From a virus: 64,000 bases of DNA. Positions 48,088 to 57,076 of the stretch are shown piece by piece; the first letter of the stretch is position 1, and the number at the start of each line of letters is the position of its first letter. The notes under the pieces were generated by a model. That model was given only the letters and a program-made list of their open reading frames with translations, was not told where the DNA came from and searched no databases. The stretch lies in the IMG/VR virus record IMGVR_UViG_3300040811_000687; one strand, given 5' to 3'. A program made the position numbers and the translations under genes.

Positions 48088-49388
48088 TGGATAATACATT
48101 ATATGACGCCGTTATTACATCACTGCCAGGAATGGATAAGGGTAAACCTGCACCTGGTCCTTCTTTTTTAAAAGGATATTTAGAACCATTAGGATTTAAA
48201 ATTAAAGTTATAGATGGTAATCAATTAGATACTTTAGAAAATATACACAAAGAAATTGCAAAATATAAATTTAGATGGTTAGGTATATCTGTATTTTCTT
48301 TTATGCAAAAAGAAGATGGTTTAAAATTAGGAGAAAAATATGATAATGCTTTTTACGGAGGATCAGGTGTTGATATAAAATGGCCTTCTAAAAATTTTAT
48401 AGTAGGAGAAGGAGAATATGCTGTACAAGAATTTTTAAAAGGAAATTTTGATTATCCTGGTATTAACGGAAGACTACCAAAACAGATAGAAAACATAGAA
48501 GATTTGCCACCACCAGATTATTCAGACGTAATAAAAGAACACAAATATGGCAGATTTATAATATCTGGTTCTAGAGGTTGTGTTAGAAATTGTACTTTCT
48601 GTGATGTTGCAAGTATCTGGCCAAAATTTAGATGGAAATCAGGTAAAAAAATTGCTGACGAAATACATAGTGTTGCTGAACATACTAAATCTGAAAAGAT
48701 AGCATTTTCCGATTCATTGGTTAATGGTTCAATGAAACATTTTAGAGATATGGTTTACGAATTATCTATAAAAAAGAAAAAGGTAAAATGGGAAGGACAG
48801 TTTATTGTCAGAGCTGAAAAGACTTTTTCGCAAGAAGATTTTGATAATTTGGCAAACTCTGGTTGTAATGGTTTGGAAATGGGTATAGAATCAGGTAATG
48901 AAAGTGTTAGAAATCATATGAAAAAAAAGTTTACTAATGATGATATAAAATACTTTGTTACCAATTTAGGAGAAAGAAAAATTAAAATGAAGTTCTTACT
49001 GATTGTAGGATATCCTACGGAAACGGAAGAAATGTTTGAAGATACTATGCAACTATTAAGAGACTATGCAAAGTATTCACATTTAATCAGTGTATCTCAC
49101 CACGTTATGATGACTTTTGAAAATACACCTTTAGATTTTGAACATAGAGAATTGTTTGGTGGAGAATTTGGCTTCAAATGGAAAAATCAAAACTCCGATT
49201 TTGATATAAGATTTCAAAGATTTATAAAACTTTATGAATTAGGAAACCAATTAGGTTATCAGTTTCAACAACATTGTATTGACAAAATAGAAAGATACAA
49301 ATCTGATAAACTTAATGAAAATAGAAAGTCTATAGGAATTGATCACCCTAGAAAGAAAAAAGTTAATTCTTTACATGTACAATCTTAA
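48087..49388 (+). CDS. Cobalamin-dependent (class B) radical SAM enzyme (start revised from 48039)
   Basis: N-terminal B12-binding-type region (GISVFS, GG, GEGE); SRGCVRNCTFC; GIESG; IVGYPTET. GGAGG RBS and TAATG coupling. Confidence 0.88.
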   Translation: MDNTLYDAVITSLPGMDKGKPAPGPSFLKGYLEPLGFKIKVIDGNQLDTLENIHKEIAKYKFRWLGISVFSFMQKEDGLKLGEKYDNAFYGGSGVDIKWPSKNFIVGEGEYAVQEFLKGNFDYPGINGRLPKQIENIEDLPPPDYSDVIKEHKYGRFIISGSRGCVRNCTFCDVASIWPKFRWKSGKKIADEIHSVAEHTKSEKIAFSDSLVNGSMKHFRDMVYELSIKKKKVKWEGQFIVRAEKTFSQEDFDNLANSGCNGLEMGIESGNESVRNHMKKKFTNDDIKYFVTNLGERKIKMKFLLIVGYPTETEEMFEDTMQLLRDYAKYSHLISVSHHVMMTFENTPLDFEHRELFGGEFGFKWKNQNSDFDIRFQRFIKLYELGNQLGYQFQQHCIDKIERYKSDKLNENRKSIGIDHPRKKKVNSLHVQS

Positions 49389-50992
49389 AAAGATTTATTA
49401 AAACCTAAAGTAAATTTTCTTCCTTCTTGACTAAACCCATGAGGTGATTCATAATTTTCATCAAATAGATTTAACAAACTAACACCAAAGTCTATACCAT
49501 AATAATTATATCCAAGATTTAAATCTAACAAATGTGTTTCAGGCATTGTTATAGTTGACCAATTAGAATTATGCACATCTAAATGTCTGCCTTTATATTT
49601 GTAATTAGTAGTTATAGAAAAGTTATTTTTTAAATCTTTTGTATTCATAAATCCAACAGACCAATTAGGTCTTCTTAATTGTACTACATCAATCTTTTTA
49701 CTATTTAAATGACTAATAAAAAATTTAGAATTTTCTTGATTATAACTAAACTCTATACCGTCAGTATTTAAATCACCAATATCATTTTTAAATATAGTTG
49801 TTGCAAAATTATTTTTAGTTAATGTTAACTCTTGTGATTCTCCATATTCAATAGCAGTCCATGTTGTCTTATCTTTATAACTTGTTGATGTACTACCACT
49901 TATACTTAAACCATCTTCTACCTCTTTAAAGAAACCTAATTTATATGTTTCGTGTTCTTCATCAAACCTATGATGATATGAAAATATATTGTGTGAAAAA
50001 TTAAAGAAGTATCCTAGATTATGATGTTGACTTGCTAAAGATTCATTATGTTTATAATCAAAGCCAAAACCATATTTTTCTTTTTGATGTGTTCCTCTTA
50101 TTGTATAGTTTTCACTTTCATAATGAGAGTCGTCATAGTCTCTATCATATTCATGTGTATGAAAAGTTAAACTATTATTTAAATAATCAACACCTGTTTG
50201 TAAGGCAAAGAAAGTATTATCTGCCCATTTACCGTCTTGTATGGAAACACTATGACCATCTATATCAGAGAAAGTGTTTCTTGCAAACCAAGATGTTCGC
50301 CAATGTATTTGATCATACCATTTACTTACGTTAACACCTATTGTTTTATTATTTGTTCCATCTTTTTCGTCAGCTCCTGATAAAACAGAAACGTTTTGCG
50401 ACTTATGTTCGCCAGCTGAAAAAGATATATCAAAGTCATTTAATTTAGTATAGTAATTACCACTAATAGTTTTATCATTACCATTACCACCAATACTTAA
50501 TTTTTTATCATAATCTACAGTTGTTCTAAAATTAATTGCACCACCAACAGCGTCTGCTCCCCAATGAGCACCTTGTGACCCTTTGTATACATCTATTTGT
50601 ACAACATTAAACATAAAGTCTTGACCAACATCGTGGGCGCCTGTAGGTGTAGAGTAATCATTGATTGATATTCCATTTAATAATACTAATGTATGATTAG
50701 AATTAGTGCCTCTTAAAAACACCGATGATTGTTGACCTGTAGGACCTGATTGAGTTATGTCTAAACCTTGAACATAGTTTAATACTTTAGGTAAATCAAT
50801 TAGATTATACTTTTGAATTTCAGATTTTTTAATTGTAAGTGTAGGTGTTATCTTATCACCTAATGCGTTTGAGTTGTTTATGTTTGGATATATTGTAAGA
50901 CAAGGAATATCGTCATCCCATTTACAATCATCTTCCTTGGAATAGGCAACATTAGCCCATACCAAGATTAATATAAGAATTAATCTTATCAT
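49385..50992 (-). CDS. btuB: TonB-dependent outer-membrane cobalamin receptor, BtuB-like
   Basis: Signal peptide; plug GLDITQSGPTGQQSSVFLRGTNSNHTLVLLNG; GADAVGGAIN; C-terminal NLFDENY...GRKFTLGFNKSF. Cobalamin riboswitch directly upstream. Confidence 0.88.
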   Translation of the reverse strand: MIRLILILILVWANVAYSKEDDCKWDDDIPCLTIYPNINNSNALGDKITPTLTIKKSEIQKYNLIDLPKVLNYVQGLDITQSGPTGQQSSVFLRGTNSNHTLVLLNGISINDYSTPTGAHDVGQDFMFNVVQIDVYKGSQGAHWGADAVGGAINFRTTVDYDKKLSIGGNGNDKTISGNYYTKLNDFDISFSAGEHKSQNVSVLSGADEKDGTNNKTIGVNVSKWYDQIHWRTSWFARNTFSDIDGHSVSIQDGKWADNTFFALQTGVDYLNNSLTFHTHEYDRDYDDSHYESENYTIRGTHQKEKYGFGFDYKHNESLASQHHNLGYFFNFSHNIFSYHHRFDEEHETYKLGFFKEVEDGLSISGSTSTSYKDKTTWTAIEYGESQELTLTKNNFATTIFKNDIGDLNTDGIEFSYNQENSKFFISHLNSKKIDVVQLRRPNWSVGFMNTKDLKNNFSITTNYKYKGRHLDVHNSNWSTITMPETHLLDLNLGYNYYGIDFGVSLLNLFDENYESPHGFSQEGRKFTLGFNKSF

Positions 50993-50995
50993 GTT

Positions 50996-51097
50996 GAGTT
51001 TCCTTGCTCGTTGTATGGCCTAGGTGGCATTCGGAGTATAACCGTATCAAGTAATCTGGACGAATTTCACGTCACTTTCCCACTACACTTTTAGGCC
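50996..51097 (-). ncRNA. Class II cobalamin riboswitch (AdoCbl-variant/Cbl-IIa, env8-like)
   Basis: Minus strand GGCCUAAAAGUGUAGUGGGAAAGUGACGUGAAAUUCGUCCAGAUUACUUGAUACGGUUAUACUCCGAAUGCCACCUAGGCCAUACAACGAGCAAGGAAACUC. Shows GGCCUA/UAGGCC closing helix, GGGAA, T-loop, GCCAC B12 box, and P13 whose loop holds the RBS (CAAG can pair with L5 CUUG). Confidence 0.95.
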
Positions 51098-51114
51098 ATT
51101 GTTATATACTATAT

Positions 51115-51143
51115 AGTATATAATATTTTATCTAAAATGGCAA
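51115..51143 (-). promoter_or_regulatory. Sigma70-type promoter for riboswitch-btuB
   Basis: TTGCCA-17bp-TATACT; the -10 lies within a 22-bp perfect palindrome (51102-51123). Confidence 0.65.
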
Positions 51144-51165
51144 CTTTCCGAATATAAATAACTGT

Positions 51166-51507
51166 ATGGCTGGAATAGCAAACTTAACGATAGACCAAGG
51201 GTCCAATTTTACATACGATTTAGAAGTCACTAATACCGATGGTACAGATTTTGATCTTACTGGATTTACGATGGTTGCTAAAATGTCTAAAGGTTATTCC
51301 TCTACATATCCTAGAACATCATTTACTTGTACAGTAACAAATCCTACAGAGGGTGTGGTAACTATAAGTTTAACTGCCGATCAAACAAAAGCTTTAAAGG
51401 CAGGTCGTCACGTATTTGATGTTGTAGCTACTCACGCTGATAGTACTGTTACTCGTTTATTAGAGGGTATTGTTATCGTAACTCCATCTGTAGTCAAATC
51501 TTTTTAA
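51166..51507 (+). CDS. Small virion structural protein (Ig/BppU-like)
   Basis: NLTIDQGSNF, DLTGFT, ISLTADQT, GRHVFDV, RLLEGIVIVTP; TATAAATA at 51153-51160. Confidence 0.75.
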   Translation: MAGIANLTIDQGSNFTYDLEVTNTDGTDFDLTGFTMVAKMSKGYSSTYPRTSFTCTVTNPTEGVVTISLTADQTKALKAGRHVFDVVATHADSTVTRLLEGIVIVTPSVVKSF

Positions 51508-52880
51508 GCAAGATATTCAAATACTGCTTTGTTCATACCTTTGTTAACAAGTTTAAACTGTGCTTTAGTCATAAAGCTTTCTAGAGTAGCCCAATTTAAA
51601 CCACTTATATCGTCAAAAACCCATACAGTTTGATCTGCTTTTCTTTGATTAAAGAATACTGCTTCTTTTAAAACACTTTTTGTATCATGTGGACCGTCAA
51701 AGTGTATCATTTCATATTTGTCTATCATTCTTTTATATTCATCATAGACAGGATAACCATTAGCAAAACTATTCATAAATTCTGAATCTTCTAGATTTAC
51801 AAGATGAAACTCTGGATAATCTTCAGCAAAATTTATTAGCGTAGTTTTTCTCATTAAATTATCATAGTTAAATTTTCTGGCTAATACACTATCAGAAGCT
51901 GCATAGTCAATATTACCATATGGATCAACACCTAAATGAACAAGACTAGTATTAGGATGATAATGTCTGTATGCGTCTATAATAGTTTTACTTCCTAGAC
52001 CTAATCTAACACCAATCTCCATACTTTGACCAATAGGATTTTTTAATCTTTGTACTGCTTCTGCTAATGAAGTATATTCTACACTATCACCAGTAAATTT
52101 TTCTCCTTCATTTACTTCTAGTGAATATTTTCCAGTTTTAGGATCAATACCTGGATAAACTCTACTAACATCTTTTGCAGTCTTATCAATAAATCTAGTA
52201 TCTTTTTCACCTTTGCCTTCAACTTCTTGAACATAAGTTTTTTCAATAGGTGGTTTTTCTTCAAACATATTACGATTATCCATAATTTGTCCTACTTCAA
52301 ATGTACTGTTACCTGTGTGTCTACAACGTATTGTAGTATCTGCCCATATTTTAAAACCTTTTGCTCTTGCTTTTCTACAAAAGTCAACATCTTCAGATAA
52401 TGTATTATTATGATCAAGTGCTGAATGATATGTGTATTGAGGATAACCAACTTCTCTAAATACTTTTCCTTTAATAAGGGCACAACCCATACCACAACCA
52501 ACTATTTCTAAAAACGGAGTATCTTTAACTTTTACCCAAGGAATACGTCTAGAACCACCGTTATTAGAAGCTTCATAAATTTCTAATGAGTGTGTTCCTG
52601 GTATTCTTTGAATATAAAGACCTGATACAATATCTACATCATGTGCTAACATTTTAACTAGTGTATCTTTATCAAAAGATATATCACTATCTACTGAAAA
52701 CAAATAATCATAATGTTCTCCCCATTTAGCAATTAGATTTCTAATTTGATCTACTTGATAACCAAAAAAGAATTGAAATTCAACTTTGTATCCTTCTGGT
52801 ATTGTAAGATCATATATCGCTTTGTATGTTTCTGGTTCTATATACTTGTTTGTTGGTATTGCTATTAATACTTTTTTCAT
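51504..52880 (-). CDS. GT-A glycosyltransferase fused to a class I methyltransferase
   Basis: N-terminal VLIAIP, FSVDSD, GMGCALI, SEDVDFC; C-terminal EIGVRLG, GVDPYG, IHFDGPH, VFDD. Confidence 0.85.
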   Translation of the reverse strand: MKKVLIAIPTNKYIEPETYKAIYDLTIPEGYKVEFQFFFGYQVDQIRNLIAKWGEHYDYLFSVDSDISFDKDTLVKMLAHDVDIVSGLYIQRIPGTHSLEIYEASNNGGSRRIPWVKVKDTPFLEIVGCGMGCALIKGKVFREVGYPQYTYHSALDHNNTLSEDVDFCRKARAKGFKIWADTTIRCRHTGNSTFEVGQIMDNRNMFEEKPPIEKTYVQEVEGKGEKDTRFIDKTAKDVSRVYPGIDPKTGKYSLEVNEGEKFTGDSVEYTSLAEAVQRLKNPIGQSMEIGVRLGLGSKTIIDAYRHYHPNTSLVHLGVDPYGNIDYAASDSVLARKFNYDNLMRKTTLINFAEDYPEFHLVNLEDSEFMNSFANGYPVYDEYKRMIDKYEMIHFDGPHDTKSVLKEAVFFNQRKADQTVWVFDDISGLNWATLESFMTKAQFKLVNKGMNKAVFEYLA

Positions 52881-54907
52881 TGTTTCATTATCCTATTCGC
52901 ATTTTTGGTTTGTTCGTCTCCGTTAATTTTATAATCGTTTAAAGGATTTATATCATTATAATTATATATTATATCTGATACAACTTTTACCTTATCTGGA
53001 TCAGCTTGTTCTATGAGTGAATAAAATATAGAACCGTCTCCGCCAGCTTTGTACCAGTTTTTGTTTTCGTCTTGGAAATTACTGTCATCAATATCATTTA
53101 AAAGTCCTGCTTTAAATGTTCTCAAATGTGTGTATGGCATGTTCCAATTAAATTTGTATTTTCTATATTCTTTCTTTTGTTTTATTTCCTCTGGATAGTT
53201 TTGTGCTATCAAAGGTATTCTATCAACCATTGAGTAACAAGACCCATAGGTAAATTCTGTAGTGCCGTCATAAAGATTATTGTAAAAGTGAAGTATCTCA
53301 TTATCATTTATAAAAGAATCATCACCATCTAAAAACATAACAATGTCATCTTCTTTACAATATTTTCTTATAGACTCTATTTGATTTCTAACAGCGCCTT
53401 TATTTTCTTCATTACGAATCACTTTTATTTTATCACTTTCCCATTGTTTGGCAATGTTGTAAGTATTATCTGTAGAGGCGTCATCAATTACAATCATTTC
53501 ATAGTTATCATAATCTTGTGAGACAACTGATTCAATACAGTTGCTAATATATTTTTCAGAGTTGTAAGTAGGAGATATTATAACTATCTTTTGTTCTACT
53601 TTTCTTGGTAAATAATTTTCTTCTATATTAGTAAATCTTCTACCAAAAACTTTTCTAACTCTAGAATTTATATGACATACTTTTCTATATTCTTCTTTTG
53701 ATAAGTAATTTCCTAATTGTCTATATAGATGTTGTTTCCATTGTAAGGCTACAGAGTCCCAACCTACAATACCTTTAATTTGATTACAAGCATATTGTTT
53801 TTGTTGATGTAAATATCTATTATGATGAGCCATTAATACAGTGTTGACAAATTTATCTACTTGTTTATTTTTTGGTATCCATGGAAATAAACCATTAGGT
53901 TCTATTGCATAATCTATTAAGTAACAAGCTTCGTTTACTGCTGTTTCTTCTAAAGCACCAAAACGTGTAGTGATTAAAGGAGTGTTATATGCTATTGCTT
54001 CTAAAGATGATATACCAAATGTTTCAGGAAAAGCACCTGGAAATAATTTATAACTTGCTCTTTCTAATATATCTGCTATTTCAGATTGTTTTATAACACC
54101 TGTAAATTCTATACCTAAATTTTTATTTTTAGGATCATTTGACATTTTAGTCCATTCTTTTCCTTGAGCGTCTAACTCTTGTCCTGGAAAAACATAAAAA
54201 CCACCAATACATATTAGTTTAGCTTCAGGTATTTTTTCTTTTATTTTTGGCCATATATCGTTAACTAAAGGTGCCATACCTTTTGTGAAAGCTGCATTGA
54301 AAACATATAAGTGTGGGTCTTTCTTTCTTATATCAACATCATTTTTATAAGTTACTATTCCATTTCTAGTTTGAAAAAATTTATGTTTTAATACTTCCAT
54401 GTTTCTTCTTTTACCATGGTCACAATTCATCACATAAGTTGAATGAAAATCTGATAAAGTAAATACTTCATCTATATGCCCTTGTATTAAAAGGTCTTCT
54501 AATATAAGATCGCCGTTTGCAAATGTGTCATGCATCCAAACTGCTTTATGTCTAGCATTAGCTGTGATTGCTGAATATCTTTGAGGATTATATCCTTCAA
54601 ACTGTTTATATAAGTTAGGTGTTATGAAAGGAATTATAGTTCTTAATGAAATTACAATATCAAATTTGAAATCACTTTTATAATCTAAAATAGTATTGTC
54701 AAAATATTGTACACCATCATAAGTGCCTTCTCTTGCGAGTTTTGAGTCTTTATTACAGTTGTTGAAAATAGTTACTTTGAAACCTAACTTTGTTAGTTCT
54801 TTGGCCATCAAGATAGTCGCAGACTCGCTACCACCAAGGCCTCTTTTCTTTAATGTATCTCCGTCATACGGAAGACCAATTATATCTAAAAATGCAATAG
54901 AAATCAT
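52877..54907 (-). CDS. Bifunctional glycosyltransferase (GT-B/GT4-like plus GT2)
   Basis: GLGGSE, WMHD, ETFGISSLEA; then IISPTYN, VIDDASTD, FLDGDD. Confidence 0.9.
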   Translation of the reverse strand: MISIAFLDIIGLPYDGDTLKKRGLGGSESATILMAKELTKLGFKVTIFNNCNKDSKLAREGTYDGVQYFDNTILDYKSDFKFDIVISLRTIIPFITPNLYKQFEGYNPQRYSAITANARHKAVWMHDTFANGDLILEDLLIQGHIDEVFTLSDFHSTYVMNCDHGKRRNMEVLKHKFFQTRNGIVTYKNDVDIRKKDPHLYVFNAAFTKGMAPLVNDIWPKIKEKIPEAKLICIGGFYVFPGQELDAQGKEWTKMSNDPKNKNLGIEFTGVIKQSEIADILERASYKLFPGAFPETFGISSLEAIAYNTPLITTRFGALEETAVNEACYLIDYAIEPNGLFPWIPKNKQVDKFVNTVLMAHHNRYLHQQKQYACNQIKGIVGWDSVALQWKQHLYRQLGNYLSKEEYRKVCHINSRVRKVFGRRFTNIEENYLPRKVEQKIVIISPTYNSEKYISNCIESVVSQDYDNYEMIVIDDASTDNTYNIAKQWESDKIKVIRNEENKGAVRNQIESIRKYCKEDDIVMFLDGDDSFINDNEILHFYNNLYDGTTEFTYGSCYSMVDRIPLIAQNYPEEIKQKKEYRKYKFNWNMPYTHLRTFKAGLLNDIDDSNFQDENKNWYKAGGDGSIFYSLIEQADPDKVKVVSDIIYNYNDINPLNDYKINGDEQTKNANRIMKQ

Positions 54908-54935
54908 TTATTTAAATTATCAACTCACTACAGTT

Positions 54936-54977
54936 TATTTATAAATATACTATAACAGAATATTAAAAAAATGTCAA
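54936..54977. promoter_or_regulatory. Bidirectional late promoter plus minus-strand sigma70 promoter
   Basis: Palindrome TATTTATAAATA (54936-54947) carries TATAAATA on both strands. Minus strand TTGACA (54972-54977)-17bp-TATAGT (54949-54954). Confidence 0.75.
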
Positions 54978-55023
54978 TGCTTGGACATTAAAATAAAAAT
55001 ATGAGGGAAATAAGTATCGCAAT

Positions 55024-57075
55024 ATGCCAGTAATTCAAAACGCTAGTGTTCGTGTCGGCCTAGGACGTATAGGTTATACAGGATCAGGAGGTCCAACAGG
55101 TTTTACAGGTTCCAAAGGGGATCCAGGGGCTGCCGGATCACCAGGTGGTTATTCAGGTTCACAAGGTTTCACAGGATCACGTGGTGAACAAGGTCCAGGT
55201 GGTGGTTACACTGGTTCAGTAGGTGCTGTAGGTTTTACAGGATCCTCAGGAGGTTTAGGGTACACAGGTTCATCTGGTACAGTTGGTTTCACTGGCTCAA
55301 CAGGAGTAGGTTATACAGGATCAAAAGGTGCTGACGGATCAGATGGTGCTGTTGGTTTTACTGGTTCTACCGGAGCAGGATATACAGGATCAAAAGGTGA
55401 CGCAGGCTCAGATGGTGCCGTAGGTTTTTCAGGATCAAAAGGAGATACAGGTTCACAAGGTATACAAGGTGTAACAGGTTTTTCAGGATCAAAAGGAGAT
55501 ACTGGTACAGCAGGCGCTATAGGATATTCAGGATCAAAAGGAGATACAGGTTCACAAGGTATACAAGGTGTAACAGGTTTTTCAGGATCAAAAGGTGACG
55601 CAGGCTCAGATGGTGCCGTAGGTTTTACAGGATCAAAAGGTGATCAAGGTGTAATAGGTTTTTCAGGTTCAAAAGGAGATACAGGAACAGCAGGTGCTGA
55701 TGGTTCAGATGGTGCCGTAGGTTTTACAGGATCAGTTGGTATAGGTTACACTGGTTCAGCAGGTGCCACAGGTCCTCAAGGTCCAGGTGGTGGTTATACT
55801 GGTTCAGCAGGTGCCGTAGGTTTTACAGGATCAGCAGGATCAGGAGGAGATTCTCCTTTTGTATTTACAACTTCAGGAGATTATAGAACACTTACAGGTT
55901 ATATAGAAAGTGGTGTAACAAGTACAGTTAGAACAGCAGAATTTTCAGGTGATCTTTTAAGATTAACTTTAGCAACTTTTACTCCTACATTTTCAGCTTC
56001 ATCAACTCCAAGTTCATCATTAAATTGGGATGTTCCTTGTACAGGATTTTCTGTATCAGTAGATAACCCTAGTGATGTCACAAACGATTTTATAAGTTCA
56101 GTTTACTCTATCACTCAATCAAGTGGAAGTGTTAACGGTACTTTAAGTAATTATTCAGCAGGTAGTTATTCACAAACACCAGCAGGTGGTGTAGATTGGA
56201 ATCAAACTTTTACTGTAGACAATTCAAGTTCATATATTAGACCAATATCAACTAGTCGTACTGGAGGTTCGGCTGGTGCAACAATTAAATTTAATCATAA
56301 TGACGGCAGTGAATCAGAATATACAGATTCAAATACAAGTTTTTCTGTAAACTGGTCAACAGCGTCTATGAGTTTATCTAAAACTAATGTTAGCGGAAAA
56401 ACATTTTTAAAATCTTATGCTAGTACATCGTACTCTACTAGCACAAGTGGTATATCAAATTCAAGTAACACTTCACATGCTTTAACAGCAAGTGGTGGTT
56501 CTTTGAGTACAAATTCAGGAAGCGGATATGTGAGTGGGACATTTACATTTACATCACCTATACACAAAGACAATACAAGCGATACACGTACTATCTCAAA
56601 TACGTGTACGTTTACAAGACCTGTTGATGTAACAGGTTCCTCATATACGACAGATCAGTCGTCAACAACAAGCAACATATCTGCTTCATTTACGTATCCG
56701 TCTTTCTGGATCTGGACAACAGGAGTAGGAACTACTCCAACACTCTCCGATATAATAGATGATTCAACATCTACAGGTTTTGAATCGGCAGTTAATCAGT
56801 TGTCAGATCAAACAAGAACATTTTCAGTACAATCAGTTACTAATTCAGATTCTAATCCTAGGGCATTTTGGTTTGCTGTTAGAAATTCAGCGTCTCAACC
56901 TGGTACATTTAAAACAGGTGCAAGTGCAGGATTATTAAGTGATGTTAGTACAACAGATGGTGGAACAATTACACTAGTACCTGATTCACCATTATCAGGA
57001 CAAACAGGAGAAAGTTATCATTTATATGGATTTACTTTACAACCAGGAACAACTTACGTGGAGATAGGAGCATAG
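55024..57075 (+). CDS. Collagen-like fibre protein with Ser/Thr-rich C-terminal domain
   Basis: About 260 aa of G-X-Y repeats (GFTGS/GYTGS/KGD), then a beta-rich domain. Confidence 0.85.
   Translation: MPVIQNASVRVGLGRIGYTGSGGPTGFTGSKGDPGAAGSPGGYSGSQGFTGSRGEQGPGGGYTGSVGAVGFTGSSGGLGYTGSSGTVGFTGSTGVGYTGSKGADGSDGAVGFTGSTGAGYTGSKGDAGSDGAVGFSGSKGDTGSQGIQGVTGFSGSKGDTGTAGAIGYSGSKGDTGSQGIQGVTGFSGSKGDAGSDGAVGFTGSKGDQGVIGFSGSKGDTGTAGADGSDGAVGFTGSVGIGYTGSAGATGPQGPGGGYTGSAGAVGFTGSAGSGGDSPFVFTTSGDYRTLTGYIESGVTSTVRTAEFSGDLLRLTLATFTPTFSASSTPSSSLNWDVPCTGFSVSVDNPSDVTNDFISSVYSITQSSGSVNGTLSNYSAGSYSQTPAGGVDWNQTFTVDNSSSYIRPISTSRTGGSAGATIKFNHNDGSESEYTDSNTSFSVNWSTASMSLSKTNVSGKTFLKSYASTSYSTSTSGISNSSNTSHALTASGGSLSTNSGSGYVSGTFTFTSPIHKDNTSDTRTISNTCTFTRPVDVTGSSYTTDQSSTTSNISASFTYPSFWIWTTGVGTTPTLSDIIDDSTSTGFESAVNQLSDQTRTFSVQSVTNSDSNPRAFWFAVRNSASQPGTFKTGASAGLLSDVSTTDGGTITLVPDSPLSGQTGESYHLYGFTLQPGTTYVEIGA
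55072..55845 (+). repeat. Coding collagen-like tandem repeats
   Basis: Recurrent ggttttacaggatca and tcaggatcaaaagg units. Confidence 0.85.
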
Positions 57076-57076
57076 T

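Noticed and set aside
32109-49388. Classical RiPP cluster with a dedicated precursor peptide
   Set aside because: No leader/core precursor, RRE domain, peptidase or exporter was found, and the enzyme set is dominated by sugar chemistry.
32109-54907. Enzyme island as bacterial contamination or a prophage boundary
   Set aside because: It has the same AT-rich composition, T4-type late promoters, an interleaved virion gene (51166), paralogues at 12.6-15 kb, and phage genes on both sides.
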